A stretch of 63,060 nt of DNA, filler included, from Sphacelaria rigidula (lineage: Eukaryota): assembly GCA_964200075.2 (NCBI GenBank). It is 7 parts of 7 records of this genome, joined end to end, with 100 filler letters (N's around TTAATTAATTAA, not from the genome) between each part and the next. Parts side by side here need not be neighbours in the genome. Positions count along the whole stretch, not along the records: positions 36,093 to 45,015 come from CAXNAA020009745.1; positions 45,116 to 54,038 come from CAXNAA020009746.1; 5 more parts are not named here. One strand, written 5' to 3'. Each line of letters starts with the position of its first letter. The stretch's first letter is position 1. Below, in pieces: positions 39,431 to 50,618 of the stretch. The translations under genes and the position numbers were made by a program. The notes beneath the pieces are model-generated. The model was given only the letters and a program-made list of their open reading frames with translations. It ran no database searches and was not told where the DNA came from.

Positions 39431-41192
39431 AGTGTTGGTCGCTGGCGACGGCATCGGCGTCGGACTCGGCACCGGGGTCGGCACCGCGGTTGGCGCTGAG
39501 GTCGGGAGAGGGTTCGCCGTAAACAGGAGCAGCTGTACCTCACAGATGCGCGTCGCGCTCCTGCAGAAGACGGGGAAGGTCTGCGACGGGGTCCACACAG
39601 GAGTGAAGGTGCCAAACACGGGCGGGGTGCGAAGGACGACCTGGCCATTGACGGTCGCGACCAGGAAGGGGTTCAATTCGGCCACCTGCATACCCCGGCG
39701 GTAGATCGTCACGCTCACGATGTCTATCCTCACCTGCGATACGCGGACAAAAAAACAGCGGCATTCGCGACGAGGGCGAGTCGTGAGCGGGCCGGTAACG
39801 GTCGGGATTAGTATCATCGTCTCCCCACTGCTTCGTCGGGCGTGCTCGGCTAGTTCAAAACAGTGTCCACCATCAGCACGAGGCATTTCGACGGCCGCTA
39901 CTTTCCCCAATCGCTGACCCCAATGAGCGGGAGCAACGACGACCCGACCTGTGCCCTGCTCTTCGCGCTCGTGATCGTACTGAGTCCCCCCCATCAAAGT
40001 TTTCACGAGAAGAGGTGGCACCGCGGCCCACCATGCTACGCGCAGAAGTGCACGACAATAACGAAATCGGCGACACAGCTATCAGACCCTGTACACGCCG
40101 TCCCGCCAACATGGCCTCAACCCATGCTCGAGGGCCACAGTACATGCTCCCGTGAGACAGGAAACGACATCGAGATACTCTTGGCGTATGGTAAGCCCGC
40201 GGTGGGCACCACGTTGCTCACATTGATCACCCCCCGGAGCTGAAGACCGCGGGACGTCCCACTCCCCGCTGAGGTGGCGGCTTGCTCTTCTCCGGTCGTT
40301 TCCGTCAGCCTTCGATTCAAAATCACCACGACGGTGACCTGTCCAACCGGGATTCCAGTCGCGTCCACCAGGAGGACAACAATGGTCCGGCCGACCACCA
40401 GGTCTGCGATTTGGATAATTCCGCCGCCGATCGCGAGCCCGGGGATTCCTACCGTGCGTATGGGCAAGTGACAGTGACGACACGGTCGGCCAAAACCGAG
40501 AGGGTTTCCACCAGGTCAGCTGTGTAAAACGAGCACATGGTACACCCCGACCGGGCGATGGCTGGACGAGTACACCGCTGAGCGACCGGACCGAACGGAG
40601 TCACTGGGCACGGGAGCATCACTGGGCACGGGAGCATCTTACAGAGGGATTGCCAACGCAGAGTCACCGATCGACGGTGGCGTGGCACCATGTTTTCCCG
40701 CAACCCGCAAATTACACGCTACTCCTCGCGACACGTGGCATCACCGTGGGACAAACGTTCATTCGACACTCCTCCTTTTTCACCAGGGATCGGAAGGATG
40801 ATAAAGCCTTCCTCCGACGGGGCTGGCGTTGGCTGCGTTGTCGCAATCGGCGCCGGCGTCGCTGTCGGCGCCGGCGTAGCGGTTGGGGCCGGCGTGGCGG
40901 TCGGGGCCGCTGTTGGTGTAGGTGGCAACTTGATTTTTCCTGCAGGGGAAGTGGACGGAGTTCCCGCACACGCAGCGGCAACATGGCGCGGTGTCGACGT
41001 GGGGGCAACGAGCGCGGGGCAACGCATAAATCTCAAGGGATTGCGGTGTGTCGCACCACTGCGGCAAACATGGTGCACCTACCGCTTTTCTTCGGCAGCA
41101 TCTTCGGAACGTGTGGACGCTCGTCTTGTCTCTACACGCGCGGCACACAGTGACGAATTGCACTGCTGCCGTCAGCGCTGGCTACGGCATGG
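38957..41192 (-). pseudogene. Probable pseudogene of a secreted/surface protein with C2-like domains, Pro-Thr linkers and (PGNSGDA)n repeats
   Basis: Exon 41192-41083 has an in-frame TAG and is cut by the LTR. Exon 40939-40784 encodes PTATPA repeats (phase 1-1). The exon from 40519 is frameshifted near 40465. The exon from 39733 encodes a C2-like PFLVATVNGQVVLRTPPVFGTFTPVW, then the PT and PGN repeats. Confidence 0.6.
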
Positions 41193-44100
41193 TGTTGGAA
41201 GTTCAATTAATGACAGTTCGGCGACTTTACATACTCGAGATTAGCGGGAAAAACAGAAACGGCTCATCGTTAGAATCAAGATCGTCCGAATAACCGAGGT
41301 AGTGCAGTGTGTGGGGTATTCATCGTAGGATCATGAATAGCTCATGTACTGTAAAGCTCGTATACATGAGTCAATATCGAAAGGTCGAGTACCAAGAGTC
41401 TGAGGTATGGACAGTTTGGATGGACAGTGCCCAAGAGTCTCATTAATAGAGAGTGGAATAGCCCCACGCTATTTACTCTCCAAAGCGACCCACCCCAGGC
41501 AAGCCCATCAGCTCGTCATCTGTTTCTGCCTTCATGAGGAACCAAGGGTTTTGTGTGTTGGATCCAAGTGACGCCCAGATAAAGCGGCAATTCCAAGCAT
41601 CCTCTCTCTCGCACAAACGAGTGTTCAACCAACACTGTGCAGCCCCTGCGAGCTCTCTCGTTAGAGCTGGGTTCACAAGTTGAACCGATTGTTCGTGTCT
41701 ACTGACAGTTGAGCAGTGTGGATTTTATACACAAGCCACGACAGTGATTTGTATGTCAACAGGTCACTCGCCTCGTTCACAGGTACTGTGACGGGTTGAT
41801 CAGCCTCACGTAGCAGGTTAGAGCCTCACAACGTCATTAGGCTTTTTTTGTGTGACCCAGTGTAGTACGGTAGTCTTTTGCACCAGCAGCCAGGACGCCC
41901 CATCGAGGACGTCGTACTACAGCAGGGAAGCAGCGTGGTGCCTGTAATGCCCGAGAGGACCGCGTGCTCAGAGGACCGCATCAGAATTTGAACATCCTCA
42001 TCATGGCTGGGGTTAAGTTTGGGGTTATGGTCAGGGGCGTGGTGCCTGCGGGGACTGGCCCGATTGGTTTTGAAAAACATCAATCCCTCGGTGTTTCGAA
42101 CCACGGCGCGGTCCTATGAGCACGCGGTCCTTCCACGCACTACAGTCCCGCCAATCAGCTAGGATGTCAAGAGAAACACTGAGGTGTGGATAGAGTAGTT
42201 CCGTCGCGAAGACGAAGAAGAGGTGGAAGAAATGATGAGGTGTGAACAGAAGTGACACAGATTGTAACGGATGAATTGATCTGGAGGGCTATCCGTTACA
42301 GAAGTCATCAGGGGGTCTCAGTGAGTCCAACGGGCAAATTTCCTCGAGTGGAAACGGTCCGTTTGGGCTGTAGTCTCACCGACACACCCGAGAATTTCGG
42401 AAATCATCAACGGCAGAAATCGACCCGAAGAAATTCATGAGCTAAGGCAGCGACGGGATGTAGGTATCCCGCAACCCAGTGCCGAAGTACGTCGAGAGTA
42501 AGCCTTGTAGCCACACGTTCTAGAAGCCTTCCAACGGGGGCAGGAACAAAAACGTCTGTAAAGGAGATGTCGACAGTAACAGCAAGCGTCTCATCAATTC
42601 AGGATTCCACATGAGGAATAACGTACTGACGCCCACGTGCGAGAAGTCGGTAATGCAGAGGAGGTACCTGATGACGATCGCAATAATGAAGTGCTGTTTC
42701 ATGTATTGTACCTGACTACAACCGGACCTGTCAACAGCTTTTTGCGGAGTTTCGAACCACAGGGCGCCAATAGAGCTGATGGTAAAAAAGGCTCAATGCA
42801 ACGTACCAGATTTCGTCCGAACAAAGACGTCGAATTCTGATGAGGAAGGACAAACTGATAATAGTCGACTCAAGTACGATGCTGAACGAGATCTTGATTT
42901 CAGCCCGTCACAGATCGAATCCACCGTGTGGAATATCGCTCAGCTCGTAGCAAATCAGAGAGAAACGCTGTAGGTGGAGACAGCGTATTCATTAGAGCAT
43001 CGTTTGGAGAATATTCTCGGGAGAAAACAGTACGCAAAATGAGGTGTTTCAAGTGTAATGGGATAGGTGATTATTCGCGTGAATGTAGATCTAGACAGTC
43101 AGGGTGGTTTGCACTGCACAGAAAATCCAACCATGATACAGAGTGTAAAGTCAAAATAGGACCAATGGCACAGGGTGTAATAATGACATGACGCGGATAA
43201 TAGCAATGTGGAGCATCCATTCAATAAGCAAGTAAACGCGGTTACCCTGGACACAATGTGCGTATTCAGACCCTACAAATGCACAAGCTCTTCATGCAAG
43301 TGCATCATCGGCTACGGCACAAGTGGTGGATAATTCGACTACAAGCGGGATAGGATTTACCTTCTTCACAGAGCCTTTAGGTAGTAGCAGTTGAAGAGTA
43401 GCAATATCAACATCGTTTTTCAGTAATAGTCGACTCAGGGGCAGCCACCCACTGCGTGGGCAGTGATTTACCACCTGGCATAGAGCGGAAAATGTCAGAT
43501 TACGTCGAGTTCAATCCCCCAGTAAGTGTCGAAACGGCAGCAGGGCACCTGCTACAAAAAACAGGTCAGGGCGTTTTACACACGATAGTGGTAGATACCC
43601 ACGGCTACGAGCGGTCTGTGCGTTCGCCAGCCATCGTGGTACCCAAACTAGAGCAGCATTTATTTTCGCCTTGCGGAGCACTCAAGAAGGGCGTGGATAC
43701 TATTTCTTTAGCAGATCCGCACGTTGGTTTGGGAGATTTTCAAGTGCCAATGAATGTTGGTGACAACGCGATATAGAAGAGTGTAAGCGTGAAAATCATC
43801 CATGAGGGTGATCCGAGTAGCTCAGCGTCTACAGATATAACAGCAGTAGCATCAGGGAAATCAGTGGCAGTAGGCACAGCTCTGCTAGTCGGGAAGAGAG
43901 CAAGAGTAAACCAGGATTCGCGTAGGAAGCAGAGAAGGAGCAGTCAAAGTAAGATAACATCGGTCAAGTCTAACGCAGTAGATCAGAATGGGAGATGACA
44001 TTCTACAAGAATGGCAATTTTCAACAGCGTAGTAAGAGGGCGCTCGTCTTCACAACGTACAGCAGCGTATATCAAGGATATAGAGGGGATCAAGGGTGTA

Positions 44101-45015
44101 GTAGATTCACCACTATTAGGCAAACAGATCCGAAGCATAAGAAGGCATGTTTAGCGGGTGATGACGGGATATCAAAAGTAAAACGCCCGTGTACATCAAC
44201 ACCAAGGTGGATAGGCATCTACGTCGAATAGAAGGGAGACAATTGCAAGGTATTTTCATATCCAAACCACCCCGAGTATTGCAAGCGGCAGGATCTTCAA
44301 TTTTCAGCAACAAGGAATTACGCACCGCGGACAGATTCGAAAAGCACTCGATCGTCATAGACAACAGCGACGACGTCGGCACCGAGAAGCAGCAGACAAT
44401 CTTCCCACGAACCAATGTTGTGGGTATAACATAGAGTAGTCAAGGGTTGAGAATAAGCATCATCAACGACGGCTTGGTGTAACAACGATCGAGTGAGGAC
44501 CGTGAAAGGAGAACAACTTCGACGACATCAACGAAGTAGACACGAGTTTTCGATTTTTCTCATGGAGGAAGACATAAATGTAGTACAGTAGAGTACAGTA
44601 AGGCGCAGTAGAGTACAGTGAGCTACAGTAGCGTACGGTAGCACACAGTGAAGTACAGTAGTACAGCATACACGTTGGGTAAATTGAATTTGAGTATTTC
44701 ATTCTTCATACATATATTTGAAATATCATTTCGGAGGGCGTGTTGGAAGTTCAAGATATAGCAGTTCCGAATATACTTACTCGAGATTAGCGGGAAAAAC
44801 AGAAACGGCTCATCGTTAGAATCAAGATCGTCCGAATAACCGAGGTAATGCAGTGTGTGGGGTATTCATCGTAGGATCATGAATAGCTCATGTACTGTAA
44901 AGCTCGTATACATGAGTCAATATCGAAAGGTCGAGTACCAAGAGTCTGAGGTATGGACAGTTTGGATGGACAGTGCCCAAGAGTCTCATTAATAGAGAGT
45001 GGAATAGCCCCACGC
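41193..45015 (+). mobile_element. Degenerate, internally deleted Ty1/copia LTR retrotransposon
   Basis: LTRs start TGTTGGAAGTTCAA at 41193 and 44741 and are near-identical over about 235 bp; the 3' LTR is cut by the contig end. Purine tract GGAGGGCG precedes the 3' LTR. Gag knuckle CFKCNGIGDYSREC, copia protease region (VETAAGH...IVVPKLEQHLFS) and an RNase H-like GNFQQRSK remnant. No RT or integrase seen. Confidence 0.85.
44581..44667. repeat. About 10-bp minisatellite (GAGTACAGTA-like) inside the copia element
   Basis: About 8-9 degenerate units. Confidence 0.6.
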
Positions 45016-45287
45016 NNNNNNNNNNNNNNNNNNNNNNNNNNNNNNNNNNNNNNNNNNNNTTAATTAATTAANNNNNNNNNNNNNNNNNNNNNNNNNNNNN
45101 NNNNNNNNNNNNNNNCTCCCCACGCCGTACCGACAAGGCCGGTCATGGCCTTCGTCGGAGGACGGGGAACGGAGTAAAAAAAACAAAACATAGTTCCTTC
45201 ATATTGAGAAATTGTTCTCATACTGTCGATGGAAATTATCTCGACCTGTCGCGCTACGATGTCACGACCCGTTTTTGCCGCACATCG

Positions 45288-45359
45288 CCCACATACCGAT
45301 ACACTAAGCTACCCACATACCGATACACTAAGCTACCCACATACCGATACACTAAGCTA
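45288..45359. repeat. 24-bp perfect tandem repeat x3
   Basis: CCCACATACCGATACACTAAGCTA x3, about 450 bp upstream of the ATG at 45811. Confidence 0.9.
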
Positions 45360-45810
45360 TTCTATAACGAGTATTCCTTCAGTGCCGAAAGGTGGTGCGC
45401 GCGTCCCAGCAGTACCAATTATACCCAGACGAGAAGCCAAAAGCATCTGCAGGCGAAGACACCATGCACCACCAATCGCAATTTTCGGACAGCATTCGCT
45501 CCATCTTCAGAAGGAAAATTATGGCAGATGCCGTCGCGATGGGGAGTAATAGATGTATTACATCTATTACGCATATTCAGGGCTTTCATTTAAGCTACCG
45601 TGGGTCGTTGTTGAACTCCTGATATATCAAGAGATATTTTCACATACGATCGGCACCAAATCACACTTGTTCACGAGTACTGGTTTGGATTTTTTGCTGT
45701 TCGTAACGAAGAAAATGGCTCACTGTTTACGTAATTTAATTCAATGCGTTTTAATTCATTCAATGCAGACGTTACCCCATCGGTGCGGGGCCCAGAAGCA
45801 AGCAGCAAGG

Positions 45811-46150
45811 ATGTCGTCGATCTCGCGCTCCCTTCTTCTCCTTACAGCATGTTTCATTTCAAAATCTTTCCTGGGGGATGCTTTTGTGGTATCCCCACTG
45901 CTTCACGGAAACTTCCCGCTTATTAATCATGCTTCTGCCGTTCCAAACCGCATTGACTCACCACATGTACAGCCAGCACGCGGCATGACCAGCGCGGCAA
46001 GGATGATGTCCATGAGCAGCGATGACCAAGAAATAGAGCGCCTGCGGCGAGAGAATGCGCGCTTAAAGGAGAAGCTTGAAAAATCCTCCCAGCAGAGGAG
46101 CAAACCACCGGCGGAGAAGAAGGAGGGCTTCAACCCGCTGAAGGCCTTAG
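45811..46150 (+). CDS. First exon of an unknown plastid-targeted protein with a coiled coil
   Basis: Signal peptide MSSISRSLLLLTACFISKSFLGDA followed by FVV (ASAFAP-like), then a transit peptide, then EIERLRRENARLKEKLEK. Donor G|GTATGA. Confidence 0.7.
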
Positions 46151-46874
46151 GTATGATCAAGCTTGCACTTCAACTTTCTGTGACAGCCAAGCGGCGTAAC
46201 TGTTGACTGTTGTACAAGCGGTGTTCAGCTTGATCGATAAATTGATCGATTTCACAGAGATTTCCGGAAGAAATCACACCCTGGACAGTATATGGCCAAT
46301 AGTTGCAATAGACAGGAATGCACTGCGTAGACATTAGGCCTGCTGCATCTGTTGATAATATATTATCCGGGGTGCGGAAGAAATCAAGTTTTTTTTCGGA
46401 TTAGGATCCAACAACTCCTCGATGGGAGCTTGCAAAAACTTGAGAATGGAAGCTGAAAATTTCAGGACAAAAAACTGACGCGACGTGCCTTGACGTGACT
46501 TCATTGTTCATACGAGCTGGGCCAGCTTAAAAACGGACATTTCGTTGGTCACCGATAAACTTTCAGTTCAATGAATTAGCCGGGAGTAGGGGCCCTTCTT
46601 ACCGTGGGGGATCTTCCCCTTTTTCAAAATCCCCTTCCTGCAAAACGACCACTGATTGATCGCTGTGATATCACCCCCCCAAAAGGTGCCCAGGAATCCC
46701 CTTTTAAAAAAAGAATTTCCGGACACCTTCAAGGGGAACATGCATGTCCCGTTCCTAGGGGCACATGCAAAGGCCTACCACACAACCCAACACAATCAGA
46801 GCTGAACCCGTGGGACTTGGTGCCCCCGCAAACCAAAAACACACAGCCGTAAGTGCTCATCAGCTGAGCACGTT

Positions 46875-47983
46875 CAGTGTTGTTCCTTTTCAATAATATG
46901 GAGGCGGCATTTTTGGAGATTAGATGCTCCAACGCAGCACACCTGGCGTCTGATGATGCTGAAAGTTTATGTATGCGTGGGTTGAAGCCGCAGCTAGGTG
47001 TTGACGCAGCAGCTTCAGCGACCCAAGGCGTTTTGTGCGCTGCGTGGCTTGAAAGAATGATTACGCACGCTGCGGTGAGTCCGAAAACTAGAACACTTTC
47101 TGATCGCGATTCTAAAGGGTAGCGATATGAAATCCGCGCAGAGGCAGGGGTAGATCTTGACATCCTTTTTGTTAACGTCTGCCCCCTGTCGGTCGAGGTT
47201 GGCACCAAGACAGGAAATAACCCCCCAGTTCAGGTTCTCCACGTGTTACAGGCAGATGCCCCTGGGTGTTATACGCCGTGTCGAGCAAGACGCGGCCTCA
47301 ATACGCAGCCAAAGAGAAGAGCGTCTTCTGCCCAGGACCACTGCGGACCTGTTCGGGCAGGGAGGCAACGTATCCTACTTCACAGTGCCAGATTTAGCGT
47401 GGTGGTTACCACGACGATCTGAGAATGACAGGGGCAGTTGCTGTAGTTTTCTCCTGTCAGAATCAACCGGATATTCTTCGGTGGCATGCTCCCACGTGAA
47501 GGTATTTACCCTTCTCTGACAGGCTTACGATAGCCCTTTTTCGGAGTTTTCACTTGGTTCCAATAGGACACAGTGCGAGGTGCAACTTGAAACAATTCCC
47601 CGAATGGATCGCGGGTATTCTCGCCCTGTCCAAGCGTGGTTCGCATCGTACAGCCAGTGCTACAGTACTCGTTGTACTGCCACCAGAAACACACAATGTC
47701 AACTTCGTCGGGTATTGCCGTGGCGGGATACACGTCGTGCCTTGGACTCTTCTCCCTTTCACAGTGATATGCATACTTCCCCATCCGGCTGCCAAATGCG
47801 CGGTGACTGGTCTGTGTCGCCAGGTACCCGTACTGATGTAGCGACCTCTCTTCCAAAGACATCTGCCCCTGTTGTCTCGGTATACTCTAGGCCTTGGAGA
47901 ATGACCGTCTCCAATTGACGCCACGGATAATGAATTATAAATTGAGCAAAACGACTCCATATTATTGAAAAGGAACAACACTG
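46875..47983. mobile_element. 1.1-kb TIR-bounded element (hAT-like CAGTG ends)
   Basis: Exact 29-bp inverted repeat CAGTGTTGTTCCTTTTCAATAATATGGAG. No TSD recognised. Confidence 0.65.
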
Positions 47984-48559
47984 CGCTGTGCGTGACCATG
48001 CTCAAATCTGTTCGGAATTCATTGAGAAATGGTGGTTTGTGTGAGACGCGCGCACTGCACACGGCACAAACGGTCAGCAACGACGCGTTTTCGGTTGTTT
48101 TCGGCACGCATGCGGCCGCCATTCGTCCAATACGAAACGGATTTTCGTCACACAAAGACTTCCGTGTGTAGAATAGCAAGGGCTAGGGCTGGAACTAATG
48201 GGCGTGAGGGATTGGTATCTGTTCGCGTTTTTTTCGGGGCTGGATGCTAAGGAGTTGTGTTGCCTTGTTGGGTCTTGTCTGTAGCATGACAGAGACCTTG
48301 GATTGGTGACCGCTTTCAGACCCGCCGCATTTCTGCACCTGCGTGTTTATCTGGGGTTCGATCTGTACGAAACTGCTTCCACGTAGATAAGACTCAAGAC
48401 TTGTTGTGAGGGCAATCCCCTTTCAAAAGGGGATTTTGATAAAGGAAAATCCCCTCTGTCAAGAAGGGCTCTACGCACATCGCTGTGAAGTGTACGCTCT
48501 GTCGTGAAAAAAAAACATGATGTACGGCCTCAACAACGGAACCAGATTGTGCAAAAATA

Positions 48560-48630
48560 TACCTATCGGAACTTGAACTCATGACCTTCGCTCTTGTGGA
48601 TGTCTCTCATACCAGCTAGACAACGGGGTG
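48560..48630 (-). mobile_element. tRNA-derived (SINE-like) head with Pol III A/B-box-like motifs
   Basis: Minus strand reads CACCCCGTTGTCTAGCTGGT...GGTCATGAGTTCAAGTTCC. It does not form a full cloverleaf. Confidence 0.35.
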
Positions 48631-48882
48631 CAACGGTGTCACACAAAAAGTGGAATGTACGCCTCAATTTGAGGAGCTTTGAGCTGAAATCTTACACGTA
48701 CCTTCTACACGTCAATACGCGAATACTGACCGCGGTAGACAAAATATTAATATATAGTTGTCGAGTCATGACGTTTTTTGAATGTTAGTCAGAATCGTAA
48801 ACTGGCTCTAATTTGCTAGAGTTTTCGTATCTTTTGGCTGCCGCGGTCCGTTTTCCCGTCTTGATAATAAAAAGCTTGTGTC

Positions 48883-49626
48883 AAAATTTCACACCCTGGA
48901 CAAAATGTGATCAATAGTTGCAATACTGCGTGAAGTACAGACTTATTACGACTATTGCCAAACAAGTCCGACAGGAGTTGCAGTAAACCTGTACGTTACG
49001 CGGTAGAATTATTCCTACTACAGTAGTGGGCGGTCTAACTATTAATTTTGTGGCATTTTGTGATTTTTTCGTCATTGGCGATTTTCTTGGGCTCTTTTCG
49101 CTTGCCACCCCTCATCACATCGGAGCTCTCAAGGTATTTGTATCTGCTCCACAATCCAAGAAAAAAAAATATCTGTACTCAATATTGAGTGACTTACGGG
49201 CTGACCGGTCATCGGGGGCCCTGCCACGTTTCAGCCCATATTCTTAACTCTTCTTACTCTTCTGTATTTTCGATCGATCGAGTCCGTCCCGATCACATTT
49301 GTAAAAGAATGTACAGTTTTACTTTTCTGAAGTTCTGCCTACTCAGTGTACTAGGGCCGAAAAACTGTGTTTCACGGTCAATAACACCCTCCTAATGAAC
49401 GGGGTATTTACTCGTTTCGCCCGATAACACCAAATAAAACTGACTCGGGCACTGTGTTTTCGAAGATGATCTCTTTTGTTGTACCAAAATCTACCGATGC
49501 TAGCAATTTCGAGTTCTATCGAAGAGTATTACGCGAGGAAAACCCCAAAACACCCCTCAATAGTTAGACCGCCCAGTACTGTACACTGCAACTGTTGACA
49601 ACATATGGTCCAGGGTGTGCAATTTT
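48883..49626. mobile_element. Small TIR element hosting the Tc1/mariner-like MITE
   Basis: TIR of about 40 bp, AAAATTTCACACCCTGGAC...CAATAGTTGCA / TGCAACTGTTG...GTCCAGGGTGTGCAATTTT. Similar ends at about 46271-46300 and 34678. Confidence 0.65.
49021..49581. mobile_element. Tc1/mariner-like MITE
   Basis: 23-bp TIR CAGTAGTGGGCGGTCTAACTATT / AATAGTTAGACCGCCCAGTACTG with TA on both sides (49019-20, 49582-83). Confidence 0.85.
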
Positions 49627-49668
49627 TCAGTTCTAGTTTTTACTTGTGCTGCTTTGGCCACCCCTGCT

Positions 49669-49799
49669 GGGGGGGCGTACTCATTTGTTGCTTGCCTTAG
49701 TCATGTGACCATTGACCACGCATCCCTTTCGAGACGGAGCACCGTTCCTCCTGCTGATGGAGACACCTCCAACATTCTAGCGCTCATTACGTTTCTTCC
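49669..49799 (-). mobile_element. 5'-truncated LINE-A 3' end; further copies at 53969-54038 and, degenerate, at about 62972-63003
   Basis: Colinear with 16189-16320 and begins at a G-run. Confidence 0.8.
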
Positions 49800-50618
49800 G
49801 CAGCCGAGGCCTGCCAGCGGTCTTAATCCCTTGGGAACCCCCCCCCTTCCGTCCCTGGGTCAGACGCCTCATTATTTCAAGCCTTGACAAGAAAGAAAAG
49901 GCGGAAAGAGAAAAGACCGACGGCAACCATTTTCACGGCGGAAGGCCAGAGAAGAATCCACCAGCATACGTCATGCGCGCACCAAAAATGTCATCCCGGT
50001 GCAGTCAGATAAGTTTTTTCCAGTTAGGGACGCAACGAGTCAAGTTTGGTCAAGCTTGCGCACACAACCAAAATCAGCACTTGGGTGCCTGAAGTCTACA
50101 CAAACAAAAATGAGCATCACCTTTCTATTTTCTATATACGGAGTCCCGTGCGGCACTGGGGCACATTTTTATACGGGTCTGAAAAACACGAGTCAGGCTA
50201 ATAGTTTTGCGTGAAAGCTGTGAATACTCAACCATACATCGTTAAAAATATAACACCTCGAAATCCACACGTTTCCATTGACAGTACCAAAAGGGTTAAC
50301 CCGCGGAAAGACGACCGAACCAACGATGGTGTGGCAGGAAAAGAGGTTAGAAACACTAGCCCGGGCCTTGTGTCGACGCGGATCCTGAGTTTGGCCGATA
50401 GGAGGTATGGTAGTCACGAGAATCAATGTAGTTCGTATCGCACGAAACTGCGGAGGATACCACCTCCACCCCGACTGCCCATACTGGAGTGGGCAGAAGT
50501 CCGCCAGGGATCTTACCCCACGAAAAGTTCATTCAACAACAACGGCGAAGACACGCGCCCGAGCCCCGTATCAACGGGGAGTCTGAGTTGAAAGTTAGGA
50601 GGCACCGCGATCGCGAGA

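Noticed and set aside
38719-39704. Long overlapping ORFs (RCSRVRR, AAVPGCV, ASPLFPG and ATHPGTA repeats)
   Set aside because: They are by-products of a stop-free 21-bp repeat. Only the minus-strand PGNSGDA frame connects to a splice acceptor and domain-like sequence.
47251-47370. Second exon of the plastid-targeted gene
   Set aside because: It lies inside the 46875-47983 TIR element, and the phase-compatible frame gives no convincing continuation.
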